Assembly: GCA_900548935.1 (NCBI GenBank)
Contig: URMR01000001.1
Coordinates: 1-45,759 of the forward strand
Direction of reading: 5' to 3'
Source of the DNA: an uncultured Collinsella sp.
Lineage (GTDB): Bacteria; Actinomycetota; Coriobacteriia; Coriobacteriales; Coriobacteriaceae
DNA length: 45,759 bases
Under the pieces are notes generated by a model that had not been told where the DNA came from, did not search any database, and saw only the letters and a program-made list of their open reading frames with translations. Below, piece after piece: positions 19,401 through 27,999 of the stretch (positions are counted from its first letter, which is position 1; each line of letters starts with the position of its first letter). A program made the translations under genes and the position numbers.

Positions 19401-20806
19401 AGGGTAAACTGCTCGGTCCAATTGAGGTCGGTTCTTACCTGGAAGAGGGCCTTAATATTGCCGTATGCGGGGTCGTTGTTGTTGCCCCAGGTTTTGCCCA
19501 CCCAATCGTAGGCGAGCGAGCCGTACAACTGTGTGGCGATATCCATCGTGAACAGCAGCGTGCAATGGTGGCGAAGGAGCTTGGTGTTTCTTGGATCGGT
19601 ACCCGAACCGGCACTCATACTCTTGTACTGATTCCACTTCCCCTCCATCTCGTCGAGGTAGCGGTTTGCCTGCTTGGCGCCCGACTCACGCGGTGACTTC
19701 TTCCAGTACTCCGGATCCGGATTGCCCGAATCGTTCATATAGCTGGCTGGTTTGTATCCTCCGCCAAACAGCACGTATCCAGCAAACGAGAAATCGAAGA
19801 GGATTGGAAATGTGGGCATCCAACACGTGAACTTATTACCACCGATGCCGGGAAACGATGCGGGGAAATCAAACGGAGTGATCTCTTGGTCCATGGTGGT
19901 GGGAATGATGGTGGTCGAGCCTGATTCCGCCTTTGCGGCCGGCGCGGTGACAACGGCCATGGGGGAGGAGAGCGTGTAGGTTTTGCCCTGATAGTCGAGG
20001 ACAAAGCGCAGCTTGCACCCTTCTTCCAGAAGGCCCGATGCCGCGTCGAGAAACTTGTCTTCGAGTGTGAACGTCGCCAGATTATCCGCGCCCGATGCGC
20101 TGGCCTTGACTTGGCCAATCTGCGTGAAGGTTTCGGGTGAGCTGCCCGCGGCAGGCGTCACTTTGTTGATGCGCAGCGTTGCCTGTCCACCCTGTGGCAG
20201 ATGTGCCTGCACGGTAAAGGCGTGCGTATCGGGCTGCTCGTTTGCTGCTTCGTCCGCTGGCATTGCTATAAACGTGGCGTCGGCGTACTGGATGTCCCAT
20301 TCGTCGAACGTGAGCTGTCGAAAGTACGGCTCGCCATCGGAGAGCGGACGTGTGGGTGCGGTAATGGCGGTACCGCCTTGGACACGCGCGAGGGGAATCT
20401 CGACATCACGGTAGCCCGCCATGCTAATGGAGATGCCGCCGTTAAAGTCGTACGCGTCGAGAAGCGTTGCCTCGTCCACGTAGCCTTCCGAAAGAGGCGC
20501 GACCTCAAAGATGGCCGTGCCCTCGTCGTCGGTAGTGGCGGAGAGCTGCTTGCCCGCGGCATAACGCGACGCGAGCGTGACCTGGGCTCCCTTGATGGGT
20601 ATATTCTTGTTGGCGACGTCGACCACGACCACACCAAACATGGTGCGCGAGAGAACGAGCACCCTGAAGGGGTCTTTTTCGTCGGCATAGGCTTCGGTGG
20701 GCGCGAACGGCAATATGAAGGCGTTTGCGCTTCCCGGCACGCGCGGCAACATAATGCTCGCCAGCGAGGACGCTCCGGCAACAAGTAACGAACGGCGATC
20801 AAGCAT
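16439..20806 (-). CDS. Large secreted cell-surface protein (~1455 aa) with twin-arginine-like signal and LAXTG sorting signal
   Basis: Start MLDRRSLLVAG...TEAYA after GGGAG RBS; beta-rich body; Gly/Ser linker, LAGTGD, hydrophobic helix and SARR near the C-terminus. Confidence 0.8.
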   Translation of the reverse strand: MLDRRSLLVAGASSLASIMLPRVPGSANAFILPFAPTEAYADEKDPFRVLVLSRTMFGVVVVDVANKNIPIKGAQVTLASRYAAGKQLSATTDDEGTAIFEVAPLSEGYVDEATLLDAYDFNGGISISMAGYRDVEIPLARVQGGTAITAPTRPLSDGEPYFRQLTFDEWDIQYADATFIAMPADEAANEQPDTHAFTVQAHLPQGGQATLRINKVTPAAGSSPETFTQIGQVKASASGADNLATFTLEDKFLDAASGLLEEGCKLRFVLDYQGKTYTLSSPMAVVTAPAAKAESGSTTIIPTTMDQEITPFDFPASFPGIGGNKFTCWMPTFPILFDFSFAGYVLFGGGYKPASYMNDSGNPDPEYWKKSPRESGAKQANRYLDEMEGKWNQYKSMSAGSGTDPRNTKLLRHHCTLLFTMDIATQLYGSLAYDWVGKTWGNNNDPAYGNIKALFQVRTDLNWTEQFTLGPVPFFLNVNPWVLAKLALAVGAHTHGSGAAFFKNISLDYSNTSGSFTIQIGLAVTFGAGVAGVASSAVRGAASLTLFIGYEKADGHQLPRLRVGADVDVDVILQFVMFKWTTKAWSGSWPTLLDSWNMSVNNGNQYVLQRSELALGGDTPYTLDARFGMPGNIEAGGVPQFIASATIVTNAELLARAEVMATARNVEPTVRDWDRSVTRIELEADAESDDTGQIEHFVHALIENDENAAPMYAYTHIGQTKDAVADPNANSAGVSEDERGGIKPSSDNVLFTGVLSEAHMKLTIIAGVECLFRIASVRYGDNGRSRLVVHTKANGTWSAPTPVDFPLGFGEGDVERSGIFDYDFDVVEYTDGRGNQDAYVLLVSGERPNGDNTLFDTASTAGILSVVRLRISNDETRAVSHTSWRSISRGRLQEDGYHCLQCPRITVGKTLVDGRLSGAYLHRRGTTAEKALGSEAEVALECFTLWSDVSGDSLTFRQVLRFPQAPSSIELGAPENINGKMVVPVAYETAGGCGCAPYAVIGQSIAGWGVMSPDATVPHAVPWPQHTGFLATVNEQLQHITWARGASAFATQPVGAAGCGPASFSVSNNGRCVLYVENTDGKVGQTYDEEGNPVAVMGKHFRIFASTLAGDLFTEPFVMCELDHPVDQITTFLTSGSMLSALATHIVSAEKSEAELHSIEVPLVACATPTGAVATSGAVVPGAAGESFMVTVRNDGNTLLTAGTIDLYREGSSQPFSSASIGFGANTRMASIYDPELAEDASANDMTHVKYALETLGARFATHPLVADSGNAVLAPGCTAQFRMSFAIPESWSDEVGKRVTLYAKARDLVALDPVTLEEIRPGANSALGAVLHELHVPDAACERSEVQVGVCDSADTTGLHDAPMTADGDGGSSGGGSGTGGSSGGSSSGSGKDHGNNKRSGKAGALAGTGDVNVPLTAAAAALAAAGAGLVAYSARRTALENDTADEVNSDTPH

Positions 20807-20963
20807 CTTTGGCTCCCATCCCGCAAACATCGGAGGAAATAATCCAATTTTGCGAGAAGTCGCCCCGTGGCGGTAGTGCCGTTCAAGGGTCAAAACGTCC
20901 AATTTGAGTGCGCGAAAGCGTCAGGCCCCCGGAGCGCTTTCGATACGCCGGGCAGTCTGGCCG

Positions 20964-21968
20964 CTAGCGCAACATGTGGGCAATCAGCTCGGCGCGAGTT
21001 CCGATACCAAGCTTGGCATACACTCCTGATAGGCGGTTTTTAACGGTGCCCGGCGATACTCCCATGTGGCGTGCGATTTCGGCGTTGGTCCAACCGCGGC
21101 AGGCGAGCATGGCCATGGTGAACTCCGTGGTCGTTAAATCGTCGGCCACGTCCTCACCCGAATCGGGGTTGTGGATGCGCCGCCAGCCGTAGCTGAATCG
21201 ATACGTAATCTCGATGATGCGAGCGAAATCGTCGGGATATTGCGATTTTAAGCATGCCTCGATGAGCCCCTGTAAAAGGCCGTGGTGCTCGCCAATGAGC
21301 TCGATAAGGCCGTCGGGGCGCGCAATGTCCCAAGCGGCTCCGAAATGTGCCTTTGCGGCGTCGATGTCCTTGAGGCTCATGCATGCCATGGAAGCCGCCA
21401 GGTGCAGGAACAGTTCCGAGATGGGATAGCTTCCCTGTTTCATGATCAGGGCATTTTCCACCATGCCCAGGCTGCGGCCGTATTCGCCGCGCAGATACAG
21501 GGCATGCGCCATCACGTAGCTGGCGAACAGGCGCAGGCCTTCGGGCAGATGCGCCGCAAGCGGATAAAACTCTTCGGCGGAATGCGGGGAAGGCAAGTGC
21601 AGCAGGACGCTCGCGGCGGAGGCGAATAGGATATGCGTGGCGTGGACGGCGGGCGATTCCTCGTCAGTTGGCGTATCGAGGATGCCCGCAAGGCAACGGC
21701 GGGCATCGGCGATACGATTGAGCGACAGACTGGCATATCCGCAGATAAGGCATGCGGAATAGCGCAGTGCGGGGTCGGTGGCGTCAAGATAGGGGCGTGC
21801 TGCCTCGGCGGCGAGCGTGGCCTGTCCGCGAAAGTACAGCGCTTCTGCCGTGGCAATGGCACGCGAATTGGGGTCGGAAATGCCTGCAACCGCAGCGTCA
21901 ATCTGCCCCGGCACAAAGGCGGTGCACATCAACGGCATGGGAACGCATGGGTAGCCATCGCAGTCCAT
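20964..21968 (-). CDS. LuxR-family transcriptional regulator (helical/TPR-like N-terminal region, C-terminal HTH)
   Basis: LTTTEFTMAMLACRGWTNAEIARHMGVSPGTVKNRLSGVYAKLGI; start taken at MDCDG after GGGAG. Confidence 0.85.
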   Translation of the reverse strand: MDCDGYPCVPMPLMCTAFVPGQIDAAVAGISDPNSRAIATAEALYFRGQATLAAEAARPYLDATDPALRYSACLICGYASLSLNRIADARRCLAGILDTPTDEESPAVHATHILFASAASVLLHLPSPHSAEEFYPLAAHLPEGLRLFASYVMAHALYLRGEYGRSLGMVENALIMKQGSYPISELFLHLAASMACMSLKDIDAAKAHFGAAWDIARPDGLIELIGEHHGLLQGLIEACLKSQYPDDFARIIEITYRFSYGWRRIHNPDSGEDVADDLTTTEFTMAMLACRGWTNAEIARHMGVSPGTVKNRLSGVYAKLGIGTRAELIAHMLR

Positions 21969-22207
21969 CTTCCATCTCCCAACAGCTGGCAACACTGGCA
22001 GCAATTGTACTCCTGTTACTCGGGACTGGAATTTTTGGGTATTGCCTACGATTATGCCGAACGCATAAAGGAAGAGTCTATTGGCGATGCTCTCAAGGTG
22101 GCTACCGAAGCCAAGCTGACCTCGATATTAGGAAAAATTGCCACCCCTGCAAAAAGCTCTGTCGCAGTGATGGGAAACGCATCTTCTGGGCATTCCGGCG
22201 TCTCCAG

Positions 22208-22390
22208 CTAGCGCTGGACTGCTGCTGTCGCCTGCGCGTTGGCGAGCGGGGCGTGGGGACCGTCCGGCGACCAGCGGTGACGGGCGAGCCCTGCCGCGTG
22301 CGTGGGCCTCCATCGGCGTAGACCCATGACCCCTATGGCATCGGAGAAGTCCACCATCGCGTCCAGGACCTTACCGTCCGGCACGCCCAG
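22208..22390 (-). pseudogene. Possible remnant of a DEDDh 3'-5' exonuclease C-terminus
   Basis: Hand translation LGVPDGKVLDAMVDFSDAIG...GPHAPLANAQATAAVQR* resembles a degenerate H-x-A-L-x-D-A-x-A-T motif; no start codon or RBS. Confidence 0.35.
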
Positions 22391-22560
22391 CCTAGCGGCT
22401 CCCTTGAACCCAAGGTTGAAGGGGGGGTGTTGTACAAGGCATATGGGGCCGAGTGGAAGTGGATCAAAAGAGCGTTACTTGACGTTTCATGCATAATGCC
22501 AACCGCCCCGCGATATCACGTTCGCAGCGCGCAGGGGCCGGAGAATCTTCGCGATGAGAG

Positions 22561-22589
22561 TTGACGTCTAATACCTTGCATCGTATAGT
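22561..22589 (+). promoter_or_regulatory. Sigma-70 promoter of padR operon
   Basis: TTGACG-17 nt-TATAGT, followed by AGGAGG RBS at 22614-22619. Confidence 0.75.
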
Positions 22590-22626
22590 GTGTATAGCAT
22601 AGTATATGACGAGAGGAGGTGTGCGG

Positions 22627-22947
22627 ATGGAGGCACAGATGAAGCGCGGCTTCCTGGAGGCCTGCGTGCTCGCGGCCGTCTCCGGCGAGGAGTCCTACGG
22701 CTACCAGATCGTGAAGGACGTACCGGCGAGCATGGGGCTCACGGAGTCGACGCTCTACCCGCTGCTCAAGCGCCTGGAGAAGGCCGGGTGCATCACGGCG
22801 CGCTCCGCCGAGCACAACGGGCGGCTGCGCCGGTACTACCGCATCACGGACGACGGGCGAGCGCGCATCGAGGAGTTCCTGGCCGAGTGGCCGTCCGTAC
22901 GGGAGATTTACGCATACGTTGAGGGGGCGCACCATGACGCGCGATGA
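22627..22947 (+). CDS. PadR-family transcriptional regulator
   Basis: QMKRGFLEACVL, SYGYQI, ESTLYPLLKRLE, RRYYRITDDG. Confidence 0.92.
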   Translation: MEAQMKRGFLEACVLAAVSGEESYGYQIVKDVPASMGLTESTLYPLLKRLEKAGCITARSAEHNGRLRRYYRITDDGRARIEEFLAEWPSVREIYAYVEGAHHDAR

Positions 22948-23557
22948 GTTCCTGGACCGGCTGGGCGAGCTGCTCGCCTGCCTGCCGACCGAACAGATGG
23001 AGGAGACCAAGGCGTTCTATGCGGAGGCCATCGCCGACCGCATGGAGGACGGCATGAGCGAGGAGGAAGCCGTGGCCGCCATGGGCACGCCCGGCGAGGT
23101 GGCGGAGGCCACGCTCGACGACCTGCCCGCCGTGCCGCGCGCGATCGCGAGGACGCGCCGGCGCAGCACCGCGCTGCTGTGGGTGCTGACCATCGTGGGC
23201 TCCCCGGTGTGGGTGCCGCTGCTCGCCGCCTTCGCCGCCGTGGCCGTCACGGTCTATATCTGCATCTGGGTGCTGGCGCTCTGCGTGTGGATCGTCGCGG
23301 CGGCACTCGGGGGCGTGGGCGTAGTTGAGCTCCTGCTTGCCGTAAGCGGCGTCACCATCGGCCACTTCCCGTACGCCCTCGCCTCGGCGGGCGTGGGGCT
23401 CGGCCTCGTCGGCGTGGCGCTCTTCGTTGGTGCTGGCGCTTGGGCAGCCTCAAAACAAATTGCGCGCCTCTCGGCGTTCTGGGCGAGGAAGGCCGCCTCG
23501 CCCTTCTGGAAGGGTAAGGGCGAGAAGGGCGGCGCTGCCGCGCATCTCGCGGCGTAG
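22934..23557 (+). CDS. DUF1700-like membrane protein
   Basis: MTRDEFLDRL...FYAEAIADRMEDGMSEEEAVAAMGTP followed by TM helices; overlaps padR. Confidence 0.85.
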   Translation: MTRDEFLDRLGELLACLPTEQMEETKAFYAEAIADRMEDGMSEEEAVAAMGTPGEVAEATLDDLPAVPRAIARTRRRSTALLWVLTIVGSPVWVPLLAAFAAVAVTVYICIWVLALCVWIVAAALGGVGVVELLLAVSGVTIGHFPYALASAGVGLGLVGVALFVGAGAWAASKQIARLSAFWARKAASPFWKGKGEKGGAAAHLAA

Positions 23558-23572
23558 AAAGGAGTGAGTACC

Positions 23573-23827
23573 ATGACCAGTGCGAAGAAGATCTACCTCG
23601 CCGTGGCGGGCGGGCTCGTTGCCGCGGGTGTTGTCCTCGCGGGCATTGGCTTTATCGCTTCGGGTTTCGACCCGGCCGTGTTCACAACCCAAATAGACAC
23701 ACGCGACAGCACCATCGTGCTCGGCGGCGTCGAGGTGGACGACCCGATGGGCCTCCCCCTCATCGAGCAGCTCGCCAATCTGGGCGAGATCGACACCTCC
23801 GGCGTCGCGGATCCCGCCGCGCCCTAG
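23573..23827 (+). CDS. Small membrane-anchored protein (possibly truncated DUF4097-type)
   Basis: AAAGGAG RBS, N-terminal TM helix, 84 aa; third gene of the padR operon. Confidence 0.6.
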   Translation: MTSAKKIYLAVAGGLVAAGVVLAGIGFIASGFDPAVFTTQIDTRDSTIVLGGVEVDDPMGLPLIEQLANLGEIDTSGVADPAAP

Positions 23828-24240
23828 GCGCAGCGAGCCCGGGCGCTCTGCCCGCCAAGCTGCGTAAGCCGGCGAAACCCGAACCTCAACCTCTACGCAA
23901 CTGGCCCCAAGCCTGCGCCGATTCGCTCTCAGCGCCGCGCGGGGGCCCGTGACGCATGCCCAAAAAGGTACGAGGAGAAAGGAACGCGATGACGACAACC
24001 ACGCCCTTCCGCCTTCACGGGGCCACGCAGGACCGGAAGCGACTGGGCCGTGCGGTGGGGCTGTGCTTGGATTGGCTACACTGATATGGACAGTTCCGTG
24101 AGGGGCGCGAGAGGCGGGACTCTGGGGAGATCTTCGAGGAGGAGTGTCTCGACTGGAAGCGCGGGTTCAGTGGAGCAGGAACCTAATCTCTGTCTCTCTT
24201 GCTTTTTTGATTTGTTGAGAAGCCGGCATTTGGGGGCATT

Positions 24241-24924
24241 TTGGATAGCGAACAGTTCAAACAAGAAGCTGAGAAAATAGAACAAAGCCTGAGTGCCTTG
24301 AGAGTCGCCGAGCGCAATGCAGTGATTCCCTTCATGAACGGCGACTTTACCCAATGGGATCTATATCTGGCATCCTCCTCTGAGTATGCGATGAGACTGA
24401 TAGACGGATTCATCTCCATGCTCGAGTCGAGGAATCTTGTTTGCGTCGCCCAGCTTCTCCGCGCACAGGTTGGAGTCTGCCTGCGGACATTCGCATTATT
24501 CGCCGCCGAAGACCAGGATGACTTTCTCAAGCAGGTGTTTCAAGGTGTGCCTGTGAACAAGCTGAAAGATTTCTCGGGTGAGAAGATGTCCGATGGAAGA
24601 CTTCAAGACTTACTCGAGAAGTTCGATCCAAAGGTAAAAGATGTATACAAGGTGACGTCTGGATTCGTCCACTTCTCCATTGATATTCTGCCGAGCATGG
24701 GTGTGCCTGGGGAGGGCTATGAGGTCGAGTTTAATTTTGGAGCCGAGCCCAACGAGAGAAACAATGCGCCTCTCGTGGAATGCGGCAAGGCGTTCTGCCA
24801 CTATGTCGACCTGCATCTCCAGATGCTCCATAAGGTGATTGCTTCGGATGAATGGTATGCCGATCGATTCCGTATCGATTCCGATGGTCCTGCAGACGAG
24901 GCCTCGAAAAGCGAGAAGGTGTAG
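24241..24924 (+). CDS. Hypothetical protein (DUF5677-like helical protein)
   Basis: 227-aa ORF; LLRAQV and VYKVTSGFVHFS patterns; TTG start uncertain. Confidence 0.55.
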   Translation: MDSEQFKQEAEKIEQSLSALRVAERNAVIPFMNGDFTQWDLYLASSSEYAMRLIDGFISMLESRNLVCVAQLLRAQVGVCLRTFALFAAEDQDDFLKQVFQGVPVNKLKDFSGEKMSDGRLQDLLEKFDPKVKDVYKVTSGFVHFSIDILPSMGVPGEGYEVEFNFGAEPNERNNAPLVECGKAFCHYVDLHLQMLHKVIASDEWYADRFRIDSDGPADEASKSEKV

Positions 24925-25179
24925 GTCGAACGCATTGACGCTGCCTTGACAGCATCCCGATATGATAACGAATGGGAGGTTCCCTGCGAAATGTGCGCCT
25001 CTGTATATTCTCGCTAGGACGCCCTCGACCGATAAGGCATCGTTGAGTTCAATTTGAGTTCAGCTCGGGTGCCTGAAAATCGCCCAACTCTGATAAAAGG
25101 GGAGACGACGGTACACCACGTAGACGAGAGGCTATGGAAGTGCACGATTTGATTATATTGGCGCGCTAAACCGCCCCGC

Positions 25180-25403
25180 TGCCCAACTTGAACTCCGCTC
25201 ACGCGTGTATGGGGCTGCGAGAGGTAACGGCCTGCGGCCTCCTTTGTGTGCTCGATGATATCTTCGAGCATGCCGGGCATGGCGGAGACATTCGCTGCAA
25301 TCCAGCCGTGTTCAAGCGCCGTTTCGGATAGGAGCGAGAGGGGGCTGTCTTGCCCGTTTCCCTTGCACCCGTAAAGATGGTTGACAGTTTGGGGTCTCCC
25401 GGG
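25180..25403 (-). pseudogene. Internal fragment of a paralog of the AAA ATPase at 9608-10702
   Basis: Colinear nucleotide similarity to about 10373-10596 (e.g. atcttcgagcatgcc, atccagccgtgttcaagcgccgtttc); peptide MPGMLEDIIEHTKEAA vs MPGMLEDIIERTKEAA. Confidence 0.85.
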
Positions 25404-25453
25404 TCTTTAGCTTTTACCGTGCTAGATGCCTCATGGAAACTGTTGGACTTTAA

Positions 25454-25921
25454 TCAGACAGACCCAGCATGTCGTTTTCCTCCATGAGGACATCGGCTAA
25501 AACCGCAACACCTATGCTTGTTTAAGCAAACTTCCTGATAGTCGTGGAGCTGCTGTAGCCCGACATGCAGGACATCGCTCGGCTTAAACACCGGATGCCG
25601 CATCCGCGAAACGAGTTGCGGTGCACCCTGTTCCAAAAGGCTGCCAAGTACCATGGCGTGAGCGTTGGGGTAGCCATCATTCAGCGTGGATACATCCGGA
25701 TGCGCATAGATCCAGACGATTCCAACGTTCTCGTATTTCCCGTGCAGGTAATCGAAGAGGGCAGGCGACACCATACAGTTGCCGCCGACGGTCACGACTC
25801 TGTCGGGGTTTTCTGCCGCAAGCTTCCTCTGCGCATCCTGAATCCCCGCCAGGACTTCGTCCTCGGCATAGATGCGAACTGTCTCCCATTTCTCATGTCC
25901 AAGTTTTGGGACGCGTTTCAC
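25454..25921 (-). pseudogene. Arginase/ureohydrolase family fragment
   Basis: VGGNCMVS, GIVWIYAHPD (DAHxD with D to Y), AHAMVLGSLL; both termini missing. Confidence 0.75.
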
Positions 25922-25951
25922 AATGTCGAGTGGGACTCCTGGACAGTCGGA

Positions 25952-27091
25952 TCACGTGGTGGCCCCCTTTGAGAGGGTCACGAGCATCACGGTTCCGTTC
26001 TCGGAATTTGCTTCGACCTCTACCGTGCCACCGTGAAGCGCTGCAATCTCCCAAACAAGCGCTAGCCCGAGTCCTGCGCCGCCGTATGCCCTGCTGCGGG
26101 ATTTATCCAGGCGAAAGAACGGTTGGAAGATGCTCTCACGGTACTGCTTGGGTATTCCCGGGCCCTGGTCCTCGACTCGCAGGAACACGTGGCTGTCGTT
26201 GTCGCAGATGGAGACGGTAACGCTCGAGTCGGTGCGGCTATAGCGGATGGCGTTTTCGACCAGGTTGAACACCAGCCGATAGAGGAGCGCATCGTTCCCG
26301 ATTACTAAAGCGTCTCCAGCACAATTGAGGGCTATGCCCTTATTTTCGGCAAGTGGCGCAAGGTCGGTGAGGACCTCTTCGGACAAGGGACCGAGTTCAA
26401 CATCGTCCTCGCAAGGAACGCTGCGGAGCTCACTCATCTCGAGTAATACCTTGGTCATTCGAGACATGCGCTCGGTTTGTTCTTGTAGCAGGCCGAGCAG
26501 CTCGGCTGTTTCGGGTTGCAAACCGGAGTGCTCAGAGATGAATAGTTCAATCTGTGCTTGCATAAGGGCGAGCGGGGTGCGCAGCTCGTGTGCGGCGTTG
26601 CCGGTAAACTGACGCTGCGCAGAGAACCCTTCGCCAAGACGGGCGATCATGTCGTTGAAAGAGGCGCTGCATCGCTGTAGCTCGGTGGGCACATCTTCAC
26701 TGAGTCTGATTTCGCTTAGGTTGTCAGGCTGCACACGCTCAACCTGGGCGGCAAAAGCTCGTAGCGGTTTGAGCGCACGGCCGCTCGCAAAGTATGCCAG
26801 CGCGCCGCCAAGGAGTGTGACTCCGGCCGTGATGCACCAGGTTGTCGCGCCAAAAGACTCCTGCGCGTCGTTTACGACGATCGTGACCTTGTCATTGGGG
26901 GTCGCCTTCGTTGGGTCGAACGCCTGGGGTGAATCTTCGCCGGTTGCGTTAAAGGCCGAGATGTTACTGCCGATGGCATCCATGTAGCGCATGCCCGTAT
27001 AGCCGACCAGGCAGTTCGTCAGCACGCACGCTGCACACGTCAGCAGTGCCGTCATGATCGTTATGCGCCATTGCAGCGAAAGCCTTTTCAT
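25952..27091 (-). CDS. Sensor histidine kinase (HAMP-HisKA-HATPase)
   Basis: Two TM helices, AAHELRTPL, NLVENAIRY, DQGPGI, GAGLGL. Confidence 0.95.
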   Translation of the reverse strand: MKRLSLQWRITIMTALLTCAACVLTNCLVGYTGMRYMDAIGSNISAFNATGEDSPQAFDPTKATPNDKVTIVVNDAQESFGATTWCITAGVTLLGGALAYFASGRALKPLRAFAAQVERVQPDNLSEIRLSEDVPTELQRCSASFNDMIARLGEGFSAQRQFTGNAAHELRTPLALMQAQIELFISEHSGLQPETAELLGLLQEQTERMSRMTKVLLEMSELRSVPCEDDVELGPLSEEVLTDLAPLAENKGIALNCAGDALVIGNDALLYRLVFNLVENAIRYSRTDSSVTVSICDNDSHVFLRVEDQGPGIPKQYRESIFQPFFRLDKSRSRAYGGAGLGLALVWEIAALHGGTVEVEANSENGTVMLVTLSKGATT

Positions 27092-27762
27092 TCGCTATCC
27101 TCCATAACGTAGCCCTCTCCAATCCGATTGCGAATTGGGTCGTATCCCAAAGCGCTGCGTAGCTTTTTGCGGAGCGACGAGATATGAACGCGGGTTGCGT
27201 TGCTAAAGCTGTTCACGCTGCTATCCCAAACGTGCTCGATAAGCTCCTCCTGACTTACCGGACGCCCCTGATTAAGCATCAGGTATTCCAAGATTCCCGT
27301 TTCCTTGCGCGTAAGAGATAAAGCCTCGCTGTCCACGGAAGCGATGCGCGCCTTGGTGTCAAAGCTGAGCTTTCCGCAGGCTAATACTATGTCGCTTTGT
27401 GCGAAGCGTCTGAGGGTGAGGCTGCGGATCCTTGCCGCAAGCTCGTCCAGATGAAACGGCTTGGTGAGGTAATCGTTGGCGCCGGCATCGAGTTCGGCGA
27501 CTTTATCTGATACTTCGCCACGTGCGGACAGAATCAGTACCTTAGTCTCGCAGTCAGTTTTCCTAAGTTCCCTGAGTACGGTCATGCCGTCGATGCGGGG
27601 AAGGTTGAGGTCGAGTACCACGAGGTCGAAGGCCTCAACGTCCAGTAGGTCGAGCGCCTCCTGTCCGTCGTGACAGCAGTCGACACTGTACGCCAAGTTT
27701 CGCAAGCTGCGTGCGATTGCATCGCACAGTGCTCGCTCGTCTTCGACGATCAAAATACGCAT
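27088..27762 (-). CDS. OmpR-family response regulator
   Basis: MRILIVEDE, VLDLNLP, DYLTKPF, winged helix ending GEGY; ATGA overlap with the kinase. Confidence 0.95.
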   Translation of the reverse strand: MRILIVEDERALCDAIARSLRNLAYSVDCCHDGQEALDLLDVEAFDLVVLDLNLPRIDGMTVLRELRKTDCETKVLILSARGEVSDKVAELDAGANDYLTKPFHLDELAARIRSLTLRRFAQSDIVLACGKLSFDTKARIASVDSEALSLTRKETGILEYLMLNQGRPVSQEELIEHVWDSSVNSFSNATRVHISSLRKKLRSALGYDPIRNRIGEGYVMEDSE

Positions 27763-27852
27763 AACAGTCTCCTTGCACATTCCAAATCGCGCTTAACACG
27801 GATTTTATAGTCGATATGGTCCAATGGTCGCGTAACGAAAGGAGTGGTCAGG

Positions 27853-27999
27853 TTGTTCAAAGCGGTAAAACCCGTGGTACAGGTCGCTTTGTTGATCGTC
27901 GGAATTACCATGGTGTGCTTTGGTGTTATGCGTGGCGAGGCGGATGCCGTGCTGGCCAAAGCGATTAGGCTGTGCTTGGAGTGTATCGGAATTGGATAA
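27853..27999 (+). CDS. CD1871A-family CXXC mini-protein (48 aa; absent from the ORF track)
   Basis: Hand translation (M)FKAVKPVVQVALLIVGITMVCFGVMRGEADAVLAKAIRLCLECIGIG*; AAAGGAG RBS 8 nt before TTG. Confidence 0.8.
   Translation: MFKAVKPVVQVALLIVGITMVCFGVMRGEADAVLAKAIRLCLECIGIG

Noticed and set aside
22401..22434. Possible second MerR-type promoter
   Set aside because: The dyad and TTGAAC are present, but there is no plausible -10 at 19-bp spacing
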